In this document: one piece after another, positions 23,471 to 38,400 of the stretch
Layout: each line of letters starts with the position of its first letter
Position numbering within the stretch: position 1 is the stretch's first letter
Source of the DNA: Raillietiella orientalis
Taxonomy: Eukaryota
Assembly: GCA_036172245.1 (NCBI GenBank)
Contig: JAYWIR010000001.1
Coordinates: forward strand, 9,238,001 to 9,302,000
Length of the DNA stretch: 64,000 bases
Direction of reading: 5' to 3'
Notes under the pieces: model-generated
Told to the model about the DNA's origin: nothing
Database searches by the model: none
What the model saw: only the letters and a program-made list of their open reading frames with translations
Made by a program: the position numbers and the translations under genes

Positions 23471-26400
23471 TTAAGAGGTAAATTTTTTCATAGGAGGTGA
23501 TCCATAAATAGGCCTTTCATCCAAAGAATACAAACCACGACAAGGAGAAGAAGATGTAGGAGAGGCTTCTTTTTAAAATACAGTGTTATTCATTAATTTA
23601 TTTATACATTAACTTACTCTGAGAGTGGAATGAGTGGTCAGACAGACGTCCTGAAATATCTCCTAACTGCTGGTTAATTGATCGCATGCTAGAAGTAAGG
23701 AGAGTTTGATATCCTGAAATGTAAGATTGTTCACATTTTGAATATTCGAAAACGGGCCCTCACCAATATATAATGCAGCAAAAACTGTAATTATTGATAA
23801 CAATGGCAGTATCCAATTTGATATATGACTAGCAAGTTCCCAGGACCATGTTGATACAGAGACCAAATTATTCAGCATTTCCAGGTTATGGGCTGGAGTA
23901 CAGCATTTGTTATCTGGCATATGACCAATGGAAACAGGAATTCTGATAAGCTGTTTTGTCAAATCACAATGAACTGTAATCCACAGATCAGATGCATGCC
24001 AGTACTGTCCTTTTAACTGTACAGGGAAAACATACAAGTTCATATTATAAACATCCTTTTCTCTTGGCAAGATTTGTAAAAAATTAGCATTATTACTTTT
24101 AACAATCACATTGTCCACTATAAGAGGACTTATGACAATACTGATCACAGACTGGGGTTTGGCATCATCTAGGGAAAGTTCACTTTGTAGCACTCTAAAA
24201 TGAGGCAAAACCGGAATGCTTAATGGATTAGAAATGATTTCTGGCTGTAGTGGTGCTGCTGGCACTTGCACTATTAACTGTATACTAGAAACAGTCACAA
24301 TAAACTGATCACTATCACACATTTCTGCTTTGGGAAAGATAGAACAATAAAAGCGACCACTCTGAACATCATAGCCTGGACTAGTATTGAAAGCACAGTA
24401 GGGATTTACATCTTCCAACTTTGGTATAACAACAATGGTGCATATAAAGGAAGGTGAAAATCCAATCTGTTGCAGAGATTCGTAAGAGCAATTTGGGCCA
24501 TGAATATTTCCATGTGATGAAGTTCCAGCAGCATGCATGATAATGGGAAAAATATAAGGGGAAGTGCGAGTTACACTAGTGATAAATTTGTACGGATTAG
24601 TCATAAGAATCTGAAAGATCAAAAAGCATCTTTTTGCTGGAATATTAAAGTTAAAACTTACAGAGGCAACTGGGAGAATCTCTACTTCCGTTTTTGTCAT
24701 AACTTCATCTCCCAGACAAAGTTGTACTGATGCAAATCCTGGTTTCTGAGCTACTGCTACACCAGAATCTAGGTCAATGCTCAAAATATTTTCTTTGTCT
24801 GTCAGCCATTTTATTGGTTTGCCATCAATAGGAAGCAAAGGAGACCAAAAACAAACAGCGTCTGCTAGTGTCAAAATGGTCTACATCTGTGAGATTAACG
24901 GATTTTGCACTGTTCCAAACTACCTTATAGGGCACAATGACTGGCTCAACAAATAACTGAATATAATCACTGATCCATGGATTCAATTCATCCCACACTT
25001 TTATAACTGCTTGTCCTTTTCTTTTTGTATTAATAAGGAAAGTATGATTAGAATCCCCATGAACCATTGCAAACAAATCGAAATAGCTAACGTGATGCTG
25101 AAGCGTAGCACTGACACTGTGGAAAATCTCCCCACTTTGGTCATGAAAGCGAACATTGAGTTGCACAGTGAGTCCCAGTGGCACAGAATGAAGCAAAAAT
25201 ACAGGATGCACCTTCAAGGTGTTTTGGCAGTGCAAACTTATATAAGTATATTGTTTCACCTGGAACAAATGAATGAAACAAATTTTACGTGCAAAATACC
25301 TCGATCAAAATGAATTGCGACTGATTCAGACCAAAATCTTCCTGGGCTGTAATCATGACAAATGCTATTCCAAGATTATTTCCTGCATGAATAATTCCAC
25401 CTCTACTAACAGTAACAGATGCTTGACTCAATTTCTAACACAATTTAATTGGTGAAGATGAAGTGAAATTTCAGCACTTACTAATACGTCATAAGTAATG
25501 GAAGCTATGCTGTCTCTATTAGTACGCAATGCTAGTTGTGAATGAGGTGAAATTAACAAGTGACCAGCATGGTGATGTGGATGCAATAAAACAAGGTCTT
25601 CATACACTTGGATATGAAGTTCCTCTTCCAAAACGCGATTATTACAAATCTGCTGCTTAGATTTGTCGGCAAATGAGAGTAACGAGTAGATTTTGGCTCG
25701 AATGATAATTTGACCACACTGTTTTGCTACCAATCTTATGGCAAAACTATTATTAAAAGAGGAGATGATTGGCATCTAATTGGAAAACAAAAATTACTTT
25801 CACTCTTAATTAAGACCCACTCACTCCTGGTTCAAAAACGTTGAGGATATTCCCCATTTCTGGGTTCTGCAGACTCCATTCTATGTGAATGGGAGGAGAT
25901 GCTGAACCAAATGAGAATGGAGTCAGATCTTCAGTCAGTCCATGAATGTATACAGGTAGAATCATGTTCACTTTGATGCGATTTACTGGAGCATAAAGTT
26001 TAAGTCCTTCAAGACAAAGGACATGTACTGAGATACTGGCCTAAGTTTGCACTCACATTAGGAACATTAATAATCTTGCAACTGACCTCAGCATATGTGA
26101 CAGATCTTCTTAATGCAAGATCATATTCTACAGCTTTGCCTCTTACCCAAGTTTTTCCATTCATTTTTCCTTGTACCAGTCCAATTGAACTAACATTAAC
26201 AATACTATCATCGTCTTTACTGTAAACAATATCTACACCTGAAGGGCCTCCAAAACTGGATATCTAAGACATATCACATGACATTCATTTACGTACATTG
26301 CACTCAAGTAACCTGGATTGCTGTTCCAACAATCAATACAAGACTTTGTGGTTTAAAATGCAAGGGATAAAATACTTGTATAGTTAACTTGGAGCTACTG

Positions 26401-29400
26401 ACAATTTTTGTGCCCACATCAACTTCAAAACTCAACTGAGTTTGGCCAAGTTCTCGGCCATAAACAGTAAATGCAAGATCAGCATCCATCTCTGTTACTT
26501 CTTCTGCATTCCTAATATTGTATATTATGAAAACATTGAATATATTCAGTTGGTTGTGAAGGCTCACTCCACTTCCACTATTCCACTGATTTCTACCACT
26601 GGATAAATTTTAAGCAAGTGACGGGCTTGAATGGGAAAACGTCTCCCCATTGCATCAAAGATTCTAATATGTGCTAATATGCTACCACCTTGCTGTATCT
26701 TGGACATCATAATGACATCCACTTTATAAAGACCCACAAGCTATTACAGTCATCTGAAACTGGTTACAAGCACTTTTACAAACTTACTTCAATTTCCACA
26801 TGTGGCTGAATATCACTGCTGATGCACAAGTCACGCAAAAAAATTGTCATGATTCCATCTTTTAAAGGGACAATCTAAACCAGATTATAATAAATTTAAC
26901 CTGACATGACTCACGTACTTCTAATGTGCGATTTTCATGATGATAAAAGATTTTTCCAAGATGAAGTGAAGGGGAATCCACGCTGAAGTATCCTGATCCC
27001 CCATGAACATCGAGAAAAACCTGCAAATGGGAAGTACAGAACAGGAAGAAAGCTAATGAATAAAGTAACCAGGTTTAATTTCAGTTGTGTCAACACTGGA
27101 AAGAAATGAATGTATACAATGGATAAACAGAAGCAAATATTAGTAAAGAATAAGTTACTTCCAAAAGAAAAATGAAACAAATATTTTATTAAAATCTTAT
27201 GCATAAGTTAACAAGTACAGACAAGATAAAAACGGAGTTTGGTATGCTGCTGTTATTTATTGCTGAAATAACATAAAACAATATTCAAAATTGTTAAAAG
27301 GAAAAAAAATTAAAACACAGCTCAGCTGGAACCAAAAATTAGTCCAGGTAAAGAAAAATGTAAACGAAAGCACATAAACAATCAACAATTAGTACATAAA
27401 ATACGGTAAAATCTGTTTCCTTATATCCAGATTATGCAAAAGCATAACAATATAAATAATGAGGAAAAACATATTAACATTTCGTGCTGAGAACAATGAT
27501 AAAAAGTTGAACTTATGACAATGACAATTTCTTTGGTTCAAGAGAACACCAAGAAAACTCGCTGGCGATGTTTGCTTCTTTTTCACTCTCTTTGTCATAG
27601 ACAACATTTCAACAAAATGCAAAACTATGCCATCAAATCTTGCCAATGCTTGATTGTCACAAAGGTGTGGGTCATGGAAAACATCATCTCATTTTCCTGT
27701 GACCACCTGACCAACCCAAGAATGTTAAACCTATAGTGGTTTTACCTATTGTGCAATCTCATAAATATTAGCATGAAAATCTCAAAATCTTGAATTCAAC
27801 AAGAGTGAACAGAGACCTATCATGGCTCCGGATAAGGATCTCTGTATTTCTTTGTTGAAATGTTGCAAAGTCCATCAACAAAAAAAAACTGAGAAGAAAA
27901 CTACAGTAGCAAGACACCTTACAGGCTAATTATGAGTTTTAAAACATTAACCATCTCATGTATTAACTTTAAACAGATTATCACAATAAAAAGCGCGTCC
28001 TCACATTATCAACCATTCATTTCAGACAAGAAATTCGATTTAATTTTTGATATGGCAAAAGTCAATAGAAAACGATGCTTGCTTTGTATAGAATTCGCAT
28101 ACATCCAACCACGTAATTAAAAATGAAAATACAAATATCACAATGGCCATGAGAAGCTTTTTACAAATTACATGCCACACAATTTAAATCCACTCAAAAG
28201 AATGATGCATTTCGCACTTTTTCACTTAAATGTTTCCAAAAAAAAAATTAGGTGCTTAAATATCCTTCTATCAGAAAGCTTCTTACATTCATTCAAAAAC
28301 AGAAACGCATACATATTCTGCATTCACTGCCCATTCTGAAAGCAAACACATTTTGCTCAACTGCTTTCAAAAATTCAACAGGTAATTCATAGTACCAGAA
28401 TGACTATCTCGCATTATCAAGAAACTCTAGTTTACAGATACACGTAAGTGTTTGGAATTTGAGGCATAAAGATAAAAAAAATTAGTTAAAAACAAATAAC
28501 CTTATTTAATGGATGATTAAAGATCGATGATTTGTACGAGCCAATTGTTGCATCACTAACAAGCTCCATTTCCAATGATGCAGAAATTTTTTGGGATCCA
28601 TCTTCTTCCTCATTTTCCCCACTAATGAACTGGTGCTTTGGAACCTGAATATGTATTTAGATTAGTGAAGAGAACAAGAAAGGACAAAAAAAACAAAGGG
28701 GGAATACCGGAATTTTCAAAATGTCAAATACTTCTTCTTTGTAACCAGTTATAGTAGCTGTGATTTCCAAGTGACCAACATTTCCTGATGGTTGGAATTC
28801 CTGGCTTTCTATGTAATGAAATTACATAATAATAGATAGAAAGCTTGTCAGCTTACGTCTTCCCATTTCCTTATTTGACTCAGCTGCCAAATTACCAAGA
28901 TCATCTGTTGACAAAACCCAATCTATATTAAATGAGGTGAAATTATCAAACTTTTTCCCCTCAGGATTTTTAACTGTAATTATGATTTTTGTATTCTGAG
29001 AAGAATGGCTGATTATCTAAAACAAACAGTCAAGTCTATTAGCATTTATTGTTCATACTTGTCCAGTTTCGTCAAGTGGACATGATCCATGGGAGCCATC
29101 TGGCTTTTTCAGTTCTGCTCTCAAGTAAATTGAATAAGGTAAAGAACATGCAACATGAACTTCAGCTGATGACTTGGATGGATATTCATTTGTTGAAGAT
29201 GGCAAATTGCCCACTACTAATTGCAAACTGGAGTTTCCAATTTCGTGGCACAAAACTTCAAATGCATGTTCATCTCTTTGTCCTTGTTTACTTTTAAACT
29301 CTCTTGCAACCAAAACCGTCTTATTTGTTATTTGCCCTGAAGGTGCAATGGAAACAATTATCAAGAATAAACATCATAGCCTGTTTACAATTAGCAAAAT

Positions 29401-32400
29401 GATGTGATGGCTTGAAAATCCAAGGCCGTGGTCCACCACTAAATCTAACAACACGTGATGAACCTACAGCTAAAACAGTTCCTTGTAAAGGCTCTACTAC
29501 TTGTAGGTGCTCAAAAAATGACAAAGTGATTGATTTTTTCAAAGCAATGGATCCATATTCATAAGTAACTGTTGCTTTCACTGTTCCAACTGTTTTTGCT
29601 CTAACAGACACTGTAGTACACGAATAATACAGGTTTGGATGTTCAGGAGCTGAAATCTTACAATAAAGTAACAGGATGAAAACAACCATTTACCTCGTTC
29701 AATAAGAAAGTTTTTGCTATCTGATGTTTGGAGTTCAAATGGTAAGTTCCTGCAGTCATGATACCTTTCTTTAGTTATAGTACCGTTTTCGTGGGTTATA
29801 TGAGTGAAAAAAGTAATTGGGAGATATGCAATTTGAGAGACTTCGAATTCCAATACGCGATTTTCAATCTCAACATCAACAGGTTCATACACATAGATCT
29901 ACAAATGAAAGCTAGCAAATCAACGCATTTCTGACAATAATCTCACATGAGTTGTCCCTTTGTTATGGAGTGCTTTAACTTGATGTGCTGAAATTATGGC
30001 ATCACCTCGTCCAACAATCTGAACTATCCCACTCTGATTCACTACAGCCATTGAGTAATTTGAGGAAAGCCACTGTACATGACCATCACCTCCAGATACC
30101 TGATTTCGTTTATAAAAATACAGATTTCAGATGCAACTGGTTACCTTAAGCCCAACTTCAAATTTGTAATCCATTCTTGGATCCCAAGGATAAATAATTT
30201 TCGAGGGATTAATCACCACAGACTGATATACTACTAAGTCAGCAGAACCCCTGATAATAGGTATAAAATCATACTTCTGATCCCCATCTGAATAACGAAG
30301 GGAAGACTACGAAATTGGTAAAACATCATATAATAAAAAAATTCGCCATCAATACTTTCACTTTTCCAGTCCCAGGATTAGATGCATGACCAAAAAAGTA
30401 AGTGCCATTATCTGAACTCTGTTGCACAGTAAAAACGGATTTCGGAATGGTGGTTTTAAAAATGACATTCTGAAAATTCCTAGGTTGTTTTATCTATTCT
30501 TTTCAAAGGTGAAACCATTTACATTAGGTATATAAATCTTGTTATGATCTTTGTCAAATAATTCGACAATTATTTGAGCAGGATGACCTGTTACCATTAA
30601 CCAGGAGCGATATGGCAGTGTTGTCATAGTAATATAAGAAGCATTCACAACATATACTTGAGAGGATGGTAAATGGATGGTGTCTACAGCTTTCATACCA
30701 CGGTATTGCAGGAGAACCTATTAAAAATAAGTGATTAATTCATACAACAGGAATTTTTCACCTCTGTGAAACCTAGGGAGAGGGCTTTGGCAGAACTACT
30801 TTTCCCATCAATTTGTAAGATATTTGTATCTACCACTTTCAAGTCATACTGTGAAGAAGGCAGAGATATTTCTGAAATTAACCATCGAATAATAATAAAA
30901 AATAAACAGTGTACAACTACACATGAGCAAACCTTGTACTGAGCCTTGTTTGACTTGTAGCAGTTTGAAATCAACTTTGGTAGAAGGCAACAAATATACA
31001 GTTGGGGGATGAAGGACAAGATTTGCAACAACATGGATGCCAACTTCACATGCACTAATGTTCTAGGGAAGATTACAGAATTTCAAATATGGAAGTATTT
31101 GCACCAAATCAATAGTTATCAACTTTAAAATGCAAAATACTCTTTACTCAATGAGCTCCCAGAATGTGAATAAAAACTATGAATCCAACAATGTAAGAAT
31201 AGTAACAAAATTTCCTTGTAACCAAACCTTGCAATCAAAATCTTCCAAAACAACGAAGCTTCTAAAAACCAGAATGCACGAAAAAAAAGAAAGAAAGAAA
31301 GAAAAAAAAAAAGAAAGAAAGGAAGAAAGACAGAAAAGAAAAAAGGGGCAAGAAATATTTAACCCAGATCTTAATTCACTAAAGCTGACATATTAAGTAG
31401 CATCCACATGTATGCAATATGGACAATCAAACTCGCACAAACATGAAAAATAATTTAAGATAATCAAAATTTACAAAAAGGTTCTTTAAATTTGGGCATA
31501 TCGTATGATACATACGCTATAGTAGGGATCTCTTAATTTCACAATAACTTTGGCACTGCCTATTCTGGTCCCTTCAATCAAAACAGAAAATCCACGCATG
31601 CCTTCTTCCTCAAGCTTTCGAACTTTTTCTGAAGCTTCATAATGAGATTGTTCGTACATTAAAAAACGCAATATTTCATTAGCTGGAATAACAGTTTCTT
31701 GTTCTACATCTGTTTCCAATATCCAGTCGAAAATGAAACCATCTAATGTTGAAAACTCGTTTCCTAAAAAGAAACCAATGAACGGCATATCATAACAGGG
31801 AATTAAAGATATTAAACTACATGCTACTATTCCGATAAAACGTCCGCATTTTCATCACACTGAATTCGAATTAAATTAAAAATTGTCCTTATTCAATTAT
31901 TTTAACTTGCTTTGATATCCAAAAATTTCTATGAAATGCATCTTTGGAATTTTACACACAGCTATTCATCTATTTGTGTTAAGTAAAAACAAAGCACATC
32001 ATACCACGGAAACTGGATGGTAAATGGGAAATCGAATGTAAGAGGGAAACTGAGGATTTCTTTTATTTGCACTGAATGTGCATTTAAACCTTGTAATCAA
32101 CGCAGTACTCGATTATAATCATGATAAGTAATCACATCTTGAACCATATTATCAAAAGAGCATACCTCTTAATAAGGGATAATTTAGTTTGCATTTAACT
32201 TGGTCATCTAGAATTCAATTAACGTTTTCTTATGACAGACATGCTGCTATGTTATTTCATCTAGTACTTGAAAAGACATTCAAACATTCAACACATTCGC
32301 CACTCAGTCAGTATCAACCAATAGAAAACAAAAGTGGTTTAATCCTTTACATTTCTTGAGACACTTTCTGATAATTCTATCTCAACAATTTGCAACTTTC

Positions 32401-35400
32401 GATTTCAGTAAGGATATGAAAGAGGAAGGTTGCTTGATTTAGGTTTTCTTAGTATTCATACACAGATAGTTTCACACATACATTTCTTAGTATTCATACA
32501 TGTGAAAATTCAAAACGCCTGCGAATGGTGTTCACATCGAACTATCAATTGGACAATTCAGTGCAGTTTTTTTCGTAGTTCAGCTATTTGGCATGCAAAC
32601 ACACTTTGTACCCTAGGTACTTGCATTAATTTTCTTTCTACTGTCTTGATAAACTTTCTCAGCGTTCCAATAAGTTAGCATCTCTTATTTTCAAATGAGC
32701 AAATATCTGTGGATTTTAAATTGCTCCCACTGTTTAATCACCAAAGCGTTTTCATAAATTCATCACAGCATTCACTGGCTATTGATTGTCATCTTTAAAT
32801 TTTCTTCTTTTTCTTTATCGTTCAATTAAACATATAAACGCTGAATTGGGCTGCTTAGCTCATAGTCTCTCAGTCTATTTGATAATCGGAAATTCCGTTT
32901 ATCAAAGTTTGGTTACTTCTAATGGGATTATTCTCGAATTTTCATTTATTATAAGATCCGAGTCCTCCTGAAGAATTATTATTGTGAACCACTTTTTCAA
33001 TGTCTCTTTGACCCATAATAATCTTTTGTATTCACAATTTATGCAGGTCACAAACTCTCTGAGGAATCTTCCTTTAGGAAACACATAGATTTCCCATGTA
33101 ACCAAATCTTGGCTTTGTTGATATTACCTTGTACACCTCAATTTATAGTTGAAAACAACGAGGTTTCATATTAATTGACGGGAAATTCTTAATTTAAATT
33201 TATATTGTAAATCATCTCTCTTTCACCTTTCTGTTTTGTTAGTGAGGGCTTAATATCACATTAAAAAATATATAACTTTATGGTGAACCACTCTGTAAAT
33301 GAGCTTAGTCAAATCACTATCAATACCAAAATACCATCCAAAAAACTGGATATGATTATACCGTGAATGGTGCTACACAAATCATAGTATGATTATCATG
33401 CTCCAACTACAGTACATTCGCATTGTTAATATAACCATATGATGAGGATAAGCATGTGAGAATATAATAAGGGAAATATATTGTGCAACAGAAAATATGA
33501 AATCAGTATTCCAACAGGGTAAACACATGGATTACAAATGATTAGAGACTGGTGGTACACTTATGAAATAACTGAGTGGGGAATCCTCTGATATTTAGGG
33601 GGCCTTAGATAATGCAATGGAAAGTCAGAACACTGATATAGGATATAGATAGCTCTAATTTACATTATTACAAAGTACGATTCAGATAATAGGGTAGGTA
33701 TAAAGTCTCATTTATGTATAAACCTAGACTGTGGACACAAAATAAGATCAGAAAGGTTGTTCTGCATAACAGTAAATTAACTTGTTAAACAGCAAAATAG
33801 TACTAGTACTTTGGTTGCACTCTCTACACCCATTCTCTATAACTTTTCATTTTTTGATAACTTTTAACGCATATGGCTCATTTCGTCAAAGAAACACACA
33901 ATTCCCATGGCACAAGTGCTCTTTCCCACTCAAGACTTTCTGCAACAATAATAACCTCTCTCATATACTATTAAGTATTATAATTTATTAATTATTATGA
34001 AATTTGTGATTATACTTGCATTCCAGTACTTTGCACAATTCAATATATATTTTTTTTACCTTGTTTGTCAAAAGCTGACACTTGAAATGCCTCTGGGGAC
34101 TCCTCTAAATAAAGTTCCCTCGTAGTAGTTTTAATACGTATAGAATCGATTACATCGACGATGACATTACAACTCAATTTCTCACCAGAAACTGAAAAGA
34201 AAGTTTTAGAAATCTTGAAATACGGTAGTTGGATGCACATTTAATGTACAACAACGTTCCATTATATCAGAGTCAACTTTTGGAAAAATTAATCATGGAA
34301 CTACAAGCTTGCATTAAACATGAAATCATTCGAAGATTCACCTTGCTCTTCTGCAAAAATCATGGCATTTTGTTTATGTGGGTATTTGGATGTGACTGTG
34401 ATCACTGCTTTCGTGGAACACATCACATTTTCTGGTCCCAGGGGAGCAACTTGTATGACATCAGTTCTACCAGAGGACCTACAATGACCATAATTAACAA
34501 CGAGGTAATCAAGAGATTGGTAACTTTGAACAAGCACTTTAAACTGTAATCTAAGATTATGAAGTGAATGAAAAACTGGTTGATAAATTTTCCATTCTGG
34601 TTGGAGAAGAAAAAGGTACAAGTACACAAGGAAGCACATAATAAACAAATACTCCAAATTTGAAAACCAATTGTATGGAATATATACCACTTGGTATTAA
34701 GTTTCACATTCTCATTTCTAATATGAATTCCAACACCTAGGTAGACTTTGCATTTAAGCAGATTTTGCTCAATTCATATACATGTGCTACACATTCTTGT
34801 ACATACATGAATTTTTCCATGCTTTAGTCCCAGAATAAATACCAAGACTTGGATGATAAAATGATAATTGTATTTCAGGTGAGTCAGAACCATTAACAAC
34901 TGCTTGTGGGAGGTAATTTCGTATGATTGCATCCTCCATACACTTATCACATTGCCAATTATTTACACATAACCACAGGTAAATCGTAATAATAATATAC
35001 ACATAAATAATGTGCTTTTCCGGTTTTTTTCTCGAATTTCTGAAATTCTTGATGTTTCGCGAATTTGGGTGACTGAAGAAGTCCGGGCTTCTAAAGATGC
35101 CTTGTAGGAAATTAACGACAAAATAAGAAGAAAACCTGTTTGAAAGTGTGGAGCTGTTTCCCGAAAAACTTTGGCAGTCGTGCACTTTTGTGACTTTATG
35201 ACATTCATACAGTGGCTTCCTGCTTCATGGTAAGCACTAATAATCGTCAACAAAACATTAAAGAATGTTTACGACTGTTTACAGCAGTAGTAAGCAAATG
35301 GTATGCTGCTAAGATCTGTGTCACTGTCGTTTGCACATTCATGATTCCATTGCTGGACCGTGGAATGGTCCAGCAATGGAACCTGCATCTTCCAGGTCGT

Positions 35401-38400
35401 GTGTGAATTCCAGCACCCATTCGTACAGTTCTTGGGAGACTTTTGCGAAATCATCAGGGATTTCATCAAAGCAGTTCTCTGTTTCCCGAAACGGCCTTTG
35501 TATCCACCAGCAAACGATAAATAAGCATTTCAGAAACATCCAGGAACTTTTGCAAGGTGTAATTTGTCCAGAAAGTAAAACTTGCACTTGAACTGCTTCA
35601 GAGTTTCCCCATCTCCAAATACAATCACGGAGCAAAACAGTGGGCGCCAACCCTTTCTTCGTTAGATATATTGCCAGGACGTTCGATTCCGGGAGTAAAC
35701 CCACGGATACAATCAGGAGATCAGGATTTTGAAAAAGGCCGAAAAGATTCAAGGGCAATATGCATTCAACACATCAAAGGTCTTCCGCCCCCCCCCCCTC
35801 CCTCTCGAAAAGAAAAATCTCGACTTCCGTAGGTTCCGATACACAGAGTGGATTTTCCTCGAGATTCGAAAAAAGAAAAAAAACCCAAAGGGGCACCAAG
35901 ATCAAAAAAATAGTATTTAGAAGCATAAAGAATTCCACACCCGGAATGATTTCCAACTTTTCCGCGTCTGTAATTGAAATGAAGAATTCTGTCCTATCCT
36001 TAACCGACATTGCATATTTTAGAATAAACTGCAAATTCCATTTTACATTGAATTGTGGTCTGCTGGAAAATTATGATAAATCTCCAGACAGGTTCTAGTA
36101 AGCTGATTCTAGTTTCAAACATTCCCTTTATTTTTTGGGACAGTACGCTCTTCTGAGGTAACAGAAAATAAGATTACAAATTTTACAAACAGCAATTCTA
36201 ATGATGAATTCTCTCCAGCTGCTGCATAAGATAATTTGATATCACTTATAAAAATTTAGAAAATGCCGTTAGGAGAGCGTCTACCGTACCTTCCAGACTC
36301 GCATTCCTTAAAAGGACTAAAATGCTGACACTTCTGCTGGTGCTTGCTTCTCTGCCCCACGCAGATTTTATCAGCTTATTCTAGAGTTCCTATCAGGCCA
36401 TCATCTTCAAAAATCAAACACAACAAATGTGCAAATGCACACCACGGCACGAGGCACTTTCCATCCCTAAACTGCAGCCCGCGCAAAAGGCTCGCCCGTG
36501 CTGACCACGAAATTGGGTCCGTTTGTGGTTTACCTCTTTCGGGCTTCTTCAGGAGCAAAGGGTCAACAAATCAACTTGGTATTCACCTCATGCCATGAAA
36601 CGTATTATTCATGACACGCAAGGAAAGCTTGCCAAATACCGCATCCCAACTACCGAATGCCTCAGCGATCGGCAGCATCCGAATCAGCTGAGTGCAAGGA
36701 TGCAAATGGAGACGGTTGATTTTTCCCCTGCCTGGTTAAGGAGCGAAGTCCTTTTTTCCCATGTTTCCTAAACACGCTGCTACCACCGAGACGATCTACT
36801 AGCCACTCTTGGGTGACGCAATTCTCCTAATTATGAAACCAAAAGAAAAGGACGTAGGCGAGGGACGGAAGGATGGGGCCGAAATGCAAGTGGAACAAGA
36901 CACACTGAAATTCCAACTCGACCTACTAGTAAGCTTGATAAGTTTACTCGCAGCTAACTGGATGCCATCTTCCCTAATTCCCTCCTTGGCTTCCACTGAA
37001 AACGTAAGAAACTGGGCATAGGCAACTGTGTGCGTTGGAAGTCACTTCTGGTCCCACATTTCACTGAATCGTTCGCTCTTGCAGGAAGAAAAAAAGTCGA
37101 AGCTTCCATTCCCTTAGAACCCGATGTGTTTCACAATCCGTGATAACCGAAGCAGGGGATGATGCACAAAGAAGTGCACAAATTGTGGGGGATCTGCCAT
37201 CTTCATCCCTCTCGTAATGCCATAAACATTCCGAAAATCGGAAAAAAATGACGCTGAATCGAAATTTCCGTATGCGAGGCAGCAGCAAGACGTACAAGAA
37301 CACTTTCAGCTGGAGACGTGAATGGCATTCTGTACACTCATAGCCAGGGAATACCATGTTCTAAATGTCCGTATGTTGTTTTAGCTTTCCTCCTATTCAT
37401 CAGAAGAACGAATTACAAAAAGTGGTTCTCCAGTTATGGTTTGCAGCGAGGGAAAAGATGCTCGAGGTTGAGAGTGAGAAGGCATTTCAATTTCGAAAGT
37501 GGGATAAGTAATGAACTCTCGGTAATGGGGCCTGCCAAGTGACCGCACGAACCCAGCGTCCTCCGGGCATTAGTAAACAGAGGCGCAGCAGAATAGAATG
37601 CTACAGACTACTCGGAATCTGAGCGAACGGAACGCAATTCCAATTCCACGAGGATACAAGATGCCAAAAATAGTATGGAATAGGGTCTTGAATTTTTAAT
37701 TACTCTTATTTTGTGGTAATTGCTTCAATAACGATTTGAAGACACGCGCCAAATCAGTTCAGGCAGAATTGATGAAAATATATGGTGGAACTTCAAACTG
37801 GCGGTCAGTATAACCACTTTGGCTTCAAAGATACTGCATATTCCATTATTAATAGAAACTGCTAACACCTCTTGTAAAATTGCCTGTGGCGTGCCAGCTG
37901 TCAGAAGCATTTAGGAAGCCTGGAGAGAGAAAAATACGCCTCGAATGTTGAGAAAGCGAGCAAGATCACGTCGAGATGGTTTCGACTTGTCTCCAAACTT
38001 GCTCAGTGTTTTACAAGCACACTTCATCTTGGCGGAGTGCTTCCGTGGGGGAACTCATCGGAAGGTCCGCCGCCGGAAGGTTCGTGAGCATCCTCACGTG
38101 CGGAAGATCCATCCACCCTGGTTTGTACAGTTTCTGCGGATTGCGTTCGTATATTGGGAATGGAGCAGGCGAGTTCCCGAAAGCAACGTTCTTTCTCGTG
38201 GTCCAAGAAGTCGGGAGTCTGTGAAGGGGGACCGTCTCCCTACTGCACGGAAAATTGTCGGTGCCCCCCCCTCCCTCCCCCTTCTTTTCGATACGTGTGG
38301 AACTCGAATAAATGAATTTCTGGGATTTTCAAAATACTCGTAATCTGGAATATCTTTAGGTCAACGACTTCATTTCTTCACTCTGAACGACATTGTCTAC

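Noticed and set aside
32400..33200. Decayed transposase in Nup210 intron 3 (GCLAHSL, like the hAT CxxH motif)
   Set aside because: A single short motif in stop-riddled AT-rich sequence; not enough support.
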